A stretch of 61,828 nt of DNA, the filler included, from Choristocarpus tenellus KU-1152 (Eukaryota > Protista > Phaeophyceae): the NCBI GenBank assembly GCA_964200185.2. It is 9 parts of 9 records of this genome, joined end to end, with 100 filler letters (N's around TTAATTAATTAA, not from the genome) between each part and the next. Parts side by side here need not be neighbours in the genome. Positions count along the whole stretch, not along the records: positions 1 to 24,682 come from CAXNAD020000202.1; positions 24,783 to 29,124 come from CAXNAD020015022.1; 7 more parts are not named here. The stretch is one strand, 5' to 3'. The notes below the pieces were generated by a model. It saw only the letters and a list, made by a program, of their open reading frames with translations, had not been told where the DNA came from and did not search any database. Below, piece by piece: positions 12,451 through 25,469 of this stretch (within the stretch, counting starts at the first letter, position 1; the number at the start of each line of letters is the position of its first letter). Position numbers and translations under genes: made by a program.

Positions 12451-15400
12451 CTAATCCTTCCAGTCCCCATCGAACCCAGAAAAACCTGTGAGGTTGAATA
12501 TGGGGTAGTAGTCCTGAGTCATAGGTGTGGACACATTCACAATGCACAGCAGAGAGTGAGTGGGAAGGGGCAGGGATGGTAGGGTGGGATTAGAACATGG
12601 TAAACATTCTAAACAAAGGAATGCCAATAATGTCTATGCTCCCTCAAGTTATCAGTCAAGTTATCAGAAACAATAAGTGGTACACTAAGTGTGATGTTAT
12701 TTTTTAATTCATAGGGTTGACTTGCAGCCCCCATATCAGGCAATGAATAATGCCAACCTTCAGTGAAAGATACTAACCTTAAATAGGAAGTCACAATGCT
12801 AAACTAACACATTCTTTGTATTATAGTGGTAATAAATGAAAAGACAACATACAACTGCAGAACAACATAGGATGCAACATAAATACATTCAAGGCCCCTT
12901 GCACTTGGAATATTTCTTCAAAACAATATATTGAGAAAACATGTAACCTAGACATGAATAGACAACATCACCTCTCCCTGCCCAAACTCTGCGCAAGTCT
13001 GCATAAAAGGCAAGGAGAAGTACTGCACAGAACCACTTCAACAGAAGGCTAAGCCATATTGTTCATCTGTTATCAACACAATATCCTTACCTTCTTCTCT
13101 ATCTTTGAGCACCAGTTCCAGGATGATGTCAGACGACCGTCTATGCAGCTGCCGCCATCATCTCCATCCCCATCAAATCCATGCTGTACCAAAAGTACAT
13201 TAAAAAACAATACAACATTGGCATCGGTAGTTTCATCATCACCTCAAAAAGAATGCCGTTGCACTGATAATAAAATAAAACACAAAAAAGTGTTTAGTTA
13301 CATCATACTGACTTCAGTGAACAATATAATATGTAAGCATCAATTCTTTACTGGTTCCAACAGTATCAAATTACTCAATTGAGTATGATTGAATCGAAGT
13401 ATGTCTGTGAGAAAGTACAATAAATATAAATATACTATCACTATAACGGTCAGATTATTACCACCCCAATCATACTTCAAATTAATAAATCCACTCAACT
13501 GAAACATCGCAATTCACAACAGGATACTACTCAGTAATGCACTACTCTATAAACCAAACCCTACTGATTAACAGCACAATTCCTACACAGTATTTACATA
13601 ACAGTATCATTCTATTTATTGACTGTTCCTAGTTGTGATCAAACAGCTCCTCCATAAAATAAAAAACATAATCCCTAAACAGTGTACAGTACAAGACAAA
13701 CAGAACTAGACCATCATATCTCATATCTCCACACCTCATGGTGCAATATATTAACAATAAAACAAACATCCCACCTTGAAGAAATCTGACAATATCCTCA
13801 TCTTCAGATTGTAGACTCTCTCCCATTCATCATCCACATACTGACCAAGGACAGGGTCATCAACAAGCTCATCCAAGGATACCACTGTGTTCACAATTGG
13901 TCCAAGGATGCGTGGTATCTGAGGAACAAGGTTTCCCAACAGTATGAGGGGTGGAGAATTGCATAGAAAGGCCAGGCCCTAGGTTGATGGTAGAAAAAAT
14001 TATATCACAAACAAACCACAATTGTCAACAAATCGGTATTTTAAAAAGACACTTTACACTCTGCAAGGAACAGTTCTTAATCTGAAACTGCAAAAAAGGG
14101 TCAGATATCAAGTTTTAACCTCATTCAAAGAGTCAGATATCAAGTTTTAACCTCATTCAAAGAGACAGATATCAAGTTTTAACCTCATTCAAAGAGACAG
14201 ATATCAAGTTTTAACCTCATTCAAAGAGACAGATATCAAGTTTTAACCTCATTCAAAGAGTCAGATATCAAGTTTTAACCTCATTCGAAGAGACACAAGT
14301 CAAGTTTCACCTCGTTAACCTCACACAACAATCCAACAAATCCAACATTTCTTATCCAAAATGCATCAGGCTTAAAAAAAATCAGTGACATCAACAACCT
14401 TGTCCTGTCTATGATAGGATACCCCAGCACTCTAGCTCTGAGTCAGCACTGCTTACCTGTGTGTACTTGTCGATGAACATGAGTGCATTTGGGACATCTC
14501 TGTCTCCAAGGTGCACCACACTTAGTCCCACCCATGGTCCACAGTCAGATTGCACAACATTCAGGATACGCCACATTTCCATGCTCACTGACGGACAAGT
14601 TTGTACCCTGGCATTAGTCACATTAGTCACATTAATGGACCAGTATTTCAGCAACATCAAGTAGCATAGTGAAGAGATCAAGAGCACCTCATGTCAACAG
14701 AGTATCTTCAACACACCAAAAAAGGCAGTTACCTGAAAGAGTATGTATTACTACTGTTGAATCAGCTAATGCCATCTTGGTCCCAAATGACCAAGGATAG
14801 GTACTTACTTCCATCTTGAATGTTTGATTCGACACTCTCACGTACAGATACCTCAATCAAAAGCAAACGTGGCCACCCCTGTCAGTGCCATCCCCTTCCT
14901 TACCTATTTAGTCCCTGTCCTGTGTTGCAAAGGCGGTATGTGGCACGTCCATTGAGCAAATCACTATCTGCAAAATACCATAACCTGTCAAAAAAGAATG
15001 AGTGCCATCACAGGGTCAGGAGGATTCACCGTCCAGCAAAATTAATGACAAGATACAGTTGGGTTTGTACACAGTTCAAAACAGGTAAGACATACTACAC
15101 TTACAAGCTTCCATGTCACAGTCTGTCTTATGTGAACAGTCTTACGTGACAACCTCAGTTGGGGTACAGTCATGCCACACACATGTAACACTAGAAGCAC
15201 ACCCTTGTTACCTCAATAAATAAATACACACCTCCACACACACCAAGCACATCAATCACAAACATCAATGACCTTCCAGGGACACAAGTCTCTACCCTAC
15301 CTGTACATGTTACGCATGGCCTCACTCCAAAGGCGCAGGCTCTGTGTCACAAATGTATACTGTGTTCGATGGTCATGGGAAAGCTTTGCCGATGAGCCAG

Positions 15401-18400
15401 ATCCAAGAAAGGAAGAGCCAAACCTACCCCTACCAAAGGAGGTATTGAAGGGGTTTGTAGAGGGGGAGAAGTTGAACAACACATCAGAGTCATTGCGACT
15501 TTTCCTATTTCGAACTGGTGTGTATTCCACTTGATATCTATTCTGTCAGGGATGCCACAGACAGGAATACTACATTTACCCCCCCTCCTCTAAAAGATTA
15601 CAAAGGTAGCAGACCACTCGAAAGTAAAATTTGCATGTGGAACAAGATTACATACGAGTTTGAAAAACTAAAAACTAACAAAGTCATCAATCAGCACGTA
15701 ACAAAGCACAACACTCACGCACCCATATGATCCGTAGAAGTTTTGAGCAGGACTGTACAGTATTGAGGAGGATATCCTGTACAATCAACACACAATGGGC
15801 ATAATGAAGGCCAACGAAGGTTAAGAAATTCAATGAAAGGTGATGGATGGTATGAGGGGTACAGCCCTGCATGACTGTGACTTCTCAGCCTCTCGATTCG
15901 CCTGCACACCTCTATAAAACTCAAAGTATATATGAAACACATAACCATCACCTCAGGAACACCTCATGCATTTCCAACAAATAACACATGCCTACAATTG
16001 TATGACAAATATCAGGCAACAAATGCAAAAGACTAGTCCGTACACTCTACACGTATTAATAGGCATAGACTTTGTACAAAACCACTGTACCAACACACCT
16101 TTTTCTTCCCACCAGTCTCAAGCTCCACTGTCCCTCTGGTTTGTCAGGATCAAAGTTTTCCTTCAGAAGATCCAACATCCTGTGAAATAAAATAAAATTG
16201 CAATTTTCATAACAGCATGGGCAATGTTGGGGTTGAAAAGATGTCAAGTCCTCTTTGACAAGTGCAGTGGATGTTATGTAATATGAAAAAAAAATAGCAT
16301 GAAAATACAAATCGTACCATTACAGTGAGTTTAATGTTGGGTTAGATGTGTTGGGGGCCATTGAGCCACATGTCTACAATTGGCATGCCATAATGCCTTC
16401 AATCTTTGCAACATCTTCCTACTGGAGATGAAGATCACTTGCTTCATATCAGTGAGCGATCCAACAATGTAGATACATTAGACTATGCTATCTAACCCTC
16501 TTCATGGGAGACACAATATTAACAGAACATCCTAATAGTGACATCATCAACTATCACTTGCATAGCCTGTGGTGGATGTGCCATAGATGTACACGCTACA
16601 ATTATATAGAAATAGTAAACCATGCAACAAACAACAGTTGCTTTAAAGTTAGGTTGAAAGTCAAGTTGAATTATCTTGATGTGTTACAAAATGTTCCTAA
16701 AGTGCCTAAGGTACAGAGGTGAAACACAAATGCAAGACAGTCTTGAGTAGATCAACCTGCTTACAATGCTATTAGCAGCCTTCAAATCCAGCATCCACAG
16801 ACCTAAACAGTACTTGGTATCTGGTACAAACCATTATATTTTTATTGCACATGCCAAGGTTGGAAGAAATAGTGACACCATACATTCCCTTGCAGTATCT
16901 AACCCTAGCCCAAACCCATTTTCAACATCAGGTCTGGGATCCCCCACTCCAATGTGATTGATGTCAACACCACACATTGGAGTGACATGGAGCAACATTA
17001 CATAATCAAGGGCTAGGGCTCACACCGAACAAAATTCTGTTATATTACTGTATATATGTTAATATATTAATATATATACATAATTACCCTAATGCATCTT
17101 ACTGCAACTGTGCAAACATAAACAAAACTTACACAACTCTAAAGTCAACAGGTCCTTTGGCATAGCAAACGTCCTTAGACTGTAGAAACATGCTTTGAAG
17201 AACAGGTATCAATCAACACGCAAGCATGTATGAGGTACGGACAAGTTCAAATCTAAGACACAGGGCCAACCTTTCAACAGGGCTGACATTAAAAGCTAGG
17301 TAGTTGTTGGCATCAGCAATGGAGTCTAGAGCTCTCTCCACATCAGCTTTTGAGAACTTGTCAGAGGAGTACTGTGCTATTAGCTCCATTCGTGCACTGC
17401 GTTTCCGAGAGATATGTTGAGACACCTATAATGAGGGGGGGGGGGGGGGTTTCAGAGAGGTTTGTGAGACAAATGGAATCANNNNNNNNNNTCCGGTCCG
17501 ATACGCTGAGCCACGCGCTGTTCGAACGTGTGTAGAGCGAGTTGAGGGGGGGGGGGGGGGGGGGGTGGGGGGAGTTTCAGAGAGGTTTGTGAGACATATG
17601 GAATCAGTAATCAAGACTGACTCAATGCTTGACACAAAAAACACCTTGGATAGTTGCAGCCTTGAATAAATTCCTCTTGCACAAGTATACTTTGCTGTGA
17701 ATCTTGTACTAATAATAATACACAAGTACTGAAGCATATAACCATGACAATTAAAATTAAAATTAAAAATACTACTATTGAGAATGACCCCCTTGCACAC
17801 ATGACAATCTCTCAATAGGCCGAGGATTTGAATGGGGGACACAGAGCACTCACTCAAAGTTGGCATCAAAAAGTATGTCTAGACAGCTACAGCCAACATC
17901 ATGGGATGAATTAAACAACGAGCGTTGTTCCATCATATCAACAAAGGCAATGAAAAGCAATGCACTGATTGACTCTAACTCACAATCGAAAATACAACCA
18001 TTTACCCAGGCTGGATGGTACACTGTACTAATCAAAAGGTGGTCGTGCACTTAGTTAATCATCTCACTCCAGTTTGACTACACAAATCAACCAAAATATA
18101 GGTACTTTTCCTAAAATTTGTTCTACTGTTACAAGGTGCTGAACAATCCAATATACCGAGGACAACATGAAGCACAGCAGGAGAATCCACTTACCTCCTC
18201 CTTCCTCATGTTCTTTGCAGAAAATTCAGCAGTGGCATGATATACACGATTATCCCTCAGCAGATCCAATCCCTCGCGTTCAGACACAAAGCTGTGAACC
18301 ATCTAAATGCCCTTGATCATATTTTGATGGCGTCAGCACAAAAGGTTAGGGTAAAATTCTTGTATGCCATAAGAACATTATCAAATTTCAAGTAGACTGA

Positions 18401-21400
18401 AATAAATCTTTCTCAGTACGAATAGCCTGTGATACGTATAAAACAGAGTGTCATACTGTAAGAGTAGAACAAGGGAAACATACATTCTTCACTCCTACAC
18501 CAAACCCCAAAAACAATCAAGCCTGCAGCATACCTTTGTCATACTACAAGTTGTCTTTAATTACTTTAGTAGAGTATTTTCATTACAAAATACACACCGA
18601 CACATCACACACACACATCACATCACATCACATCACATCACATCAAAAATAATACATTTATGTAACAAGTCGTAGTTTTTAGCCTGCTTTGACAGTGTAA
18701 CATCTCCTTTCAAGATCAACTATTGCAAGCAATCAGAGATAAACTTGCCTTGATGTCTTTCACAAGGCAGACACGTGAACTTCTCAGTGCCTGTGAGTCC
18801 TGCAGCATGTACATCATCTTTCCGTACTGACTCCTGAATTTATCAGGGTTGGTAATCTTGTACCGGCGTCCCACCTGAGAGAGTCAGTTATTGGACAACA
18901 AGAGGAGCATTTTGTCAAGACAGGGCAACATTTCAAGTACAAACATAATGCACAAGTTAAAAACAGGGGAAAGAGAAGACCTTTTGTTGTGCACAACTCT
19001 TGTTAATGAGTTGTGTTCCTACGTATCCTATGTATGCTCCTCTCATCGACAACCACAGCTACAAAACACAACTTGATATAGTGGGTGCAGTCAGTACGTG
19101 GGAATCAACAATGGAGAGTCCTAGGAAGAATCAATTTCAGGCGAAGCAGCAAATGATTGAGGCAAAGGGGCACCTCGAAAATCTCCTGAAAGAACTCCTC
19201 ATTGCCCTCAAGATTATCACCACATAAAACCTTTTCACCACCCTTGGGGTCACCTGCAGTCAAACAATCAGAGGAACGAACATCAACAATCATCAAAACC
19301 CAACTGGAATGTTGAACATTAAGGCCCAAGGTCATCATAGTACAGGAATCCATAAGGTAGACTTGAGTAAGGTTATGTGCAAGGTTGGTTTGGCAAGGTG
19401 TGTAAGTTCAGTCCTACATTAAATCACCATCTTGCACTTGACAAGTTCGATGGGACCATATTTTAGACAGTGGCAAGGCAGGGGGGGGTGACCTTGAACA
19501 ATCACAATGCCCACAAATATGAGGATAGTGAATGTGATAAATACTTGTTGGGTGTTACTAATTTTCCAATGTGCTGTCAACCCTGCAAACCAAGTACCCA
19601 TTTCTAGTTGGATCTCACCAGCAACCAGCATGCATAACAGAAGCCGTAAAATACACCTAAGCTCACGAGCAACAGTCTTGCTCTTCTCTCCCCATCGGGA
19701 AATCACATCAACCCTGGGACAGGATGAGGAAGTATATTGATCAATGACAGGGATTACCAGACTACACAGAAGTACAAACATGGCTACAGATAAATTGATA
19801 ATGAAAGTGTTTCACTCTCAGATCACTTGACCTTTGCATTGAAATGGACACATCTTGTCTAAAGTTAAAGGTGAGATTATCTACGGAGCTGTACACCTGT
19901 ATCAGATGTCGAATCTACAAGTTATTATTATTATTATTCAGTTGCTGAATAGCATATATATCCTCTCTGTACCTTGCAATGAACCAATGACACTACCAAG
20001 CTAATTGTGGCTATTCATAGCATTTTTGTACTATTGATACTGCACTTGTACCAATGTACATTACACCAAAGCATCATATACAGGACACCAAAGCGATACT
20101 GACAAGGGCTTTCAAAATGAACTGTAGCTCATCCATTATCACAATGACACAAATATACGCTGTTGTCCTTGTCCTTCCCAAAACAATGCGTAACTCTCAC
20201 ATGTCTGTATATTCTGAAGCATTTAGCGCACCATGAAGCATGGCTAGGAGCCGCCGTTCCCTTTCATCCAGACGGAGGGGAATAAACTTGCACTCCTCCT
20301 CCATGCTCCTGCCATTGAAGCCCATAGCTACCTCTCTTAGCCTCCTGCCTGCAAAGTAAACTTTGGTTAAGCTGACTACCAAGCAAAAAAGCAAAAAGAA
20401 GTGTGGGTATGGATGACGAGTACAAGGAATTTGCTCAAAAGCTTAACTTACATAGTGGTGGACAAATTCTGTAAGACATACCTTTCTTGTCTGCAGGGTA
20501 GTCACCCTCTTCCAAGCTTTCACCCTCTACCAAATGTGATATTTTTTCCAGTTGATGGACCTCATGCCAGGCCCCAGTGGTTGCATTGCCAGACACACCA
20601 GGGGGGGGTGGAGGGGGCTCGGGTGCAGTGGAAGGTGCCGGCATAAGTTCGCCAATAAGGGCCCTAGTCACATGCTCGGCCCTCTTTCCATGCCTGGACA
20701 TCAGAGGTTAAAATTCCAACGAAATAAGAGGGATGCAATCAAACTCAAAAACTCAGGAAGGAGGAAAAAATAATTCCAAAACCTGTTTCATTGAGGATGG
20801 AAAGCCCAAAACATATAGACCAAGATGAAGCCTAGTGTTGCCTACATATCTACAACAAAGAAAGCTGCAAACAAAGCATGTCCTCACAAATCCCCAATGC
20901 TTGACACCACAATCGGCGCTATGTAGCTTGAAATATGTACAAGGAATGTGCAAGTCACCTGGGTTGAACCTTGAAGATGTATACCTACTCATGGTGTGGA
21001 AATCCATCCCAAACAGGACACTGAAGAATTGGGAAACTAGGCTTCACACTTTTCACGTACGCACATCTGTAAAACTATCTGGACTAGATTTAATTTAGAA
21101 CAAGCAACCACCTACTGATACACACATCTAGGTCCCTCGCGCCTGATTATCGCTAAGAGTGAAGGTCGACAACACCCAAATTAGGTGACAAACTCTTCCT
21201 AAAAATACACTTTTCACCTATCACACTCACCTGTGAAGGGAACCCCAACAGGGTCGGCAGAAGGGCTCTCCACAAGAAAGGCATTCCATCTCTGCATGTT
21301 GGTCCTCGCACTCAACACAAGTACTAGGACTCTCACTCTGCTCCCCAGGCACGTCTTTGTCGTTCTCCTGAGTTCTGATGTCAGTATCTCTTCCATTGAC

Positions 21401-22037
21401 ATTCCCTCCAGGGTTTGCTACTCTCTGCCATCGTGCCTCCGATTCTTCCTCTAGTTCCTCTGCCAAAGAGTGGAAGCTGAGAGCTTCCTCATCACCCTTT
21501 CCTGAAGAAGGGATGGCATCTTCTCTTTGCGTAACAGAGACGTAGTTCAGTCCAGCGTCTGGGGTTATGAGGCCGTTCGCGCAAGGTTGTTCTTCGGACG
21601 GCAGCTGATCAGATGCCATTAAGCTCTGACGATTTTCCAAGACCGTGGGTAAGGCAGGGGTCCCGGTTGCAGAGGGAATTTCGTCAAGAAACGCTTTGAT
21701 ATATGCGAAGGAGAAGGAAAGTGGACAAATGCAGACACCAACTTGCGCGTGAAGGGAAGAACAAACGCAATCTAAATTGCACATTGAAAATGAATAATGG
21801 TCGAATATGCGGCTATCACAGAACCTGTATTGGCCAATAACGCTCTTAGCTAAGAAGATAACATACCACGATCTCCTTTGAAGATGTTTTTCGGACAACC
21901 GCAACCTTTTCCCTCAATGATGCTGCCAATTTAGACCCATGAATATCTACTCCGGCACCATCGTTACTTTCCCCTGAAGCAGTCGAATAAATAGCTGGCG
22001 GATCATCAGCAGCGACCTCTCCATTTTTGAAAGGCAT
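12451..22037 (-). CDS. UPF0652 / DUF2009 family protein with N-terminal B-box zinc finger (~16 exons)
   Basis: Exons in order: B-box [30 protein letters not shown]|HGKRAEH (~21231-21690, ~20482-20694); [29 protein letters not shown]|VDV (~20201-20348, ~19619-19713); FFQEIFE|[27 protein letters not shown] (~19174-19254, 18749-18874); ~18195-18302; ~17271-17425; ~16099-16179; [19 protein letters not shown] (~15301-15537); [12 protein letters not shown] (~14904-14984); [26 protein letters not shown] (~14457-14607); ~13775-13918; [31 protein letters not shown] (13091-13183); [20 protein letters not shown] (12451-12513). These are the family's hallmark motifs. Start uncertain: ATG 22037 has an unresolved splice phase, ATG ~21618 is the alternative. 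Confidence 0.92.
14098..14300. repeat. 32-bp minisatellite, ~6 copies
   Basis: Unit GAG(T/A)CAGATATCAAGTTTTAACCTCATTCAAA, period 32, near-identical copies, in an intron of the UPF0652 gene. Confidence 0.95.
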
Positions 22038-23449
22038 CCTAGTGTGAGGTCAACTTCTCCTCGTTCACTCTCAACTAAGTATTTCAACACCTTCTACGGG
22101 CATTGTTAAATTTTGTATTTTTCATTTGGTATTTGTAAATAGACTATATACTCGAAGTGGAGATCATTAGAGCTCTAGAATATCTATTATACTTACATAT
22201 ATATATAGTAAAGGGCACAACTGAAATATGAACAGGTTGATAAAATCAATATTGTAGTTGATTTATTTGGGTTTCTTACACCATGGTCGAGAAGAATTAC
22301 ATTGTGTGAACGAAAATATGAATGTACCATCTTTGGAATAGAGACTTAACTATGTCTTTGCAAACCTATTGGTTCGATCATAGAGTATCTGAAAACGAAG
22401 TTATAGTGCCTTCTGAACACAATAGGGAGATGAGTTCGGCAATTTGTGCGACCTGAAAGGAAGCAAAGTTAACCAGCTCAGTGTAGTACCAGTCGGCGCT
22501 TCGAAGGAGGGCTCAGTTTGGACAGCAATGATGGGAGCGAGAGGATGCCAGGATGCCGTCTGTTGACTGCATCTCAAGGGAGCATTGATCGAGGTGATAT
22601 GAGACATGTACATCAGAGCATGTGATTAAAAACCAGCAGGGTACACTTTGCAGACGTGGACCAGCATGGAACAAGGATGATGCGCGAGGAAGTAAAGTTG
22701 AGAGGTCAAATGTCGCATGCACATCAACGAAGAACGGAAAATTGTCAGTGACGCACTTGACATTGGTGAGAGTGAAGTTGAGGTGGTGGACCGAATCAAC
22801 TTCTATTGATTGCGTCGACTTTCCATAATTGTTTGACATGCAGGACTGCACTTGCCAAAGCAAATGGTTGTGGCTTTGAATGAGAAACCAAGGAAATTGA
22901 GAGGTTGATCAGATTGTGTGTGCCACAGAAAAAGCAGTAGTGAAGACTAAGCAACCAATCACACCCTCAATACATAGAGAAAAAAACGTGCGAATTGACT
23001 GTTATTATTGTGGTGATTCGACTGCTTGTGGTTTGCCTATGGTCTCAAAGGCATATCGCAACTCCTCTACACAACAAGAGCACTACCTCCAATGCATGCT
23101 TTGTTCAGCGTTAGTCTGGCTGCGCTTTCTCCATCTGTTGGAGGTATTGACTGTAGATAGATAAAATACAGCCAACAATTGTCAAGTTCAAAGAATGAAA
23201 TCGACAAGGCCAGGATGTTTTTTATTATCTCCAGTCACCACCTGTCAACACAAAGAAGAGATACAGGCGATGGCTAAAATGGCTGAGGGTGAGTACTGTA
23301 TGCGAGTCTCTTTGTAGAATTACAGAGATCTCAACAAGAGTAAGACCTTTTGGATCATAGATATATTGAGATCCAGGCAGAGGCAACAGAGCGTGGGCAG
23401 TCTGCCTCCCTTTGGCTCACAGGTTGGTAGGTGCACCTCAATACACCCT

Positions 23450-23920
23450 TCCTTAGTCACCAGGAGCAATATCCACCCCATCTGAATACTGGGAGGGTGA
23501 ACGCACCTCTGGTACTAGTGGGATGTGTATATATCATTGATGTCAGTGCTGGGGAAGTGCTTTTCAATTCATGTATGCTCCCTACTGATCCAGGTTTTAT
23601 ACATTTGGTAGTTCTCACCATGCCTAAGGTGCAGTAGGTCTGGGTAAGATGAGCTCCAAGGTGGAGAAGGTGATCAGCCACATTGTAATTCCCATAGCTC
23701 GTACAGGAGTGGGCATATGAGTGGGGTGCCTACTTCGTTTTCACACAGAGTATTATGGACGCTATGTCTGGGGATACTGGCATACCAGCCAGGCTAGTTC
23801 ACCACGTGGAGAACTATATTATAGGTGCAGGAGACTTACTCAACGATATGTTTCAGACAAGACTGACTTTCACTGTGAACGGTGACCGGGAGACCATTAG
23901 GGAGAAGGCACCACTTTAAC
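23450..23920 (-). mobile_element. Possible highly degenerate non-LTR retrotransposon RT fragment
   Basis: Minus strand near 23850-23820 reads YR*VSLL, resembling the LINE RT YRP(I/V)SLL motif. Many stops and frameshifts, so support is weak. Confidence 0.25.
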
Positions 23921-24109
23921 AGTGGGAATCTCTAGAGAGGTGTGACCCCCTCTAGCAGGGAACATCATGTCATCATATTGAAGTATTGCACAATGAAAAG
24001 AGTAATGCAATAAGCAACAAACTTGAAGAGAGTAAATGAGAAAAGCAGTATTCAGCAGGCAGTGGTGAAAGTAAATGCTCCCTGATCAATTGGGTGTCTT
24101 AGCTGCTGC

Positions 24110-24612
24110 TTTAGCATGACACATGCATCAGCTATCACAGCTTCCCTTGCATGCCACTACTCATCTAAGAAGCTGATTGTGCCGTTAACCGCGCATCCAT
24201 CTGATCTATATTGGTTGGTTGCCCCTCTCCACCGTCCCTCAACTGCGATCAAAATTTTCCAAGGTTATCTTGTAGACATACCCATTGGTTCTTTTCCTGC
24301 ACATGTCGTTTCCATCTCCAATCTCCCCAAACATTAATGCCTCTGGAAGTCGCTCATCCCAGTTGTTGTGTCCAACTGACCATGTAAAGAAGAATCTCCA
24401 TTTCACATGGTCACCTCAGTACTTTCACAATTAGCCTTCACAAGGGCATCTTTGTAGGACAGTAGTTTTGTGTGATGGTTGTGCTTCCTTTCACTAAGTA
24501 TAACGCAGTGTAGGATGAAGTTGTAATTTTGAGAGTGAAGCTTTATATCAGGGCTTTTAACCTGGCCAGCAAATTGAAAAGGTCCCATCCACTGACCAGA
24601 CCGGTCCCACAA
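24110..24612 (-). mobile_element. Degenerate RTE-like LINE, C-terminal ORF region
   Basis: Across frameshifts reads KLHSQNYNFILHC...LLSYKDALVKANCESTEVTM / KWRFFF...DERLPEALMFGEIGDG / QWVCLQDNLGKF. This matches the RTE-clade post-RT pattern (KLR.AHH..LLRC...SY.DAL.KT.CESIE.T.RKRR..FAG...ERLPK..MFGEL...W..CL.DDL..F). Confidence 0.7.
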
Positions 24613-24682
24613 TGATTTAACATGTCCCAGTCCATGTCCACTGCGTGTTGAACCGGTGGCTCAAAGTATCTGGGAGGGGGTG

Positions 24683-24782
24683 NNNNNNNNNNNNNNNNNN
24701 NNNNNNNNNNNNNNNNNNNNNNNNNNTTAATTAATTAANNNNNNNNNNNNNNNNNNNNNNNNNNNNNNNNNNNNNNNNNNNN
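24683..24782. other. Artificial 100-bp contig spacer N44-TTAATTAATTAA-N44 (first of eight)
   Basis: Identical spacers at 24683-24782, 29125-29224, 32340-32439, 35860-35959, 41677-41776, 51406-51505, 54712-54811, 57753-57852. The 12-mer gives stops in all six frames. Confidence 0.97.
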
Positions 24783-25469
24783 ATGTGTTTTTGTGCAGTT
24801 GACAAGTGTAAGGCGTTTTTGGAAAATTAGTTGTACTTGTAATCTATAGACACCACTGGTTGAGGAGGCCATGGGTTGTAGAGCCAGCGATGAAAATACA
24901 TACCAATCTTTAGGTTTTGGATAGGATCCATGTTTATGTCTTGTATCATTTTCTACCAAGGGTGTTTGTTGAAGGATATATTATCACTATTATCTCTTTG
25001 GCCGAAACAAGTCAGACTGAAGACATTATTTAAGTTATTTATAGATTGCTAATGTAGACAAACACAAACCTAAGAAGGGATAGAAGAGGTCGTTAGACGA
25101 AGGGAGCAAGCAGAACAATCTACAAGCACACTTTAGAACGGTGGGGGATTTTCTGGAAATGACATTTAAACTACTTGACCGCCTTTGGCCTGTTCATTGT
25201 TCATACTGTATATCGTAGTACATTGTACTATGCACTGAAACAAGTTTATCTGAAAGAAACGTTGGTTTTCAGATTGAGGGTTGAGATGCTTGAAGAGGTA
25301 AAACTAAGTCTTGATAATCAAGCAAGAGATCAGTAAGAGAATTAATAAAAAGCTATTGAGACAATTCATTTTTTTTGCCCTGTTGTTTTCTTTTTCCTGA
25401 ATATCCCGTACACCTCAAAATACTTCAGAACCACCAACCACACTACCAAATATTGAGACAGACCTTACA

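Noticed and set aside
14098-14300. CRISPR-like array (32-bp repeats; likewise the 34-bp and 38-bp arrays)
   Set aside because: Units are head-to-tail with no unique spacers, lie in spliceosomal introns, and no cas genes are present. These are minisatellites.
17432-17606. CpG-rich ~55-bp insert flanked by a 32-bp direct repeat and poly-G (possible mobile insertion)
   Set aside because: The duplication abuts a 10-N scaffold gap and G homopolymers, which is typical of an unmerged contig overlap or chimeric read.
22420-23345. Plus-strand exon-like fragments divergent from UPF0652, including an apparent 29-nt GT-AG intron at ~23289-23317
   Set aside because: I could not build a stop-free chain or recognise a domain. 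The tiny intron may be chance.
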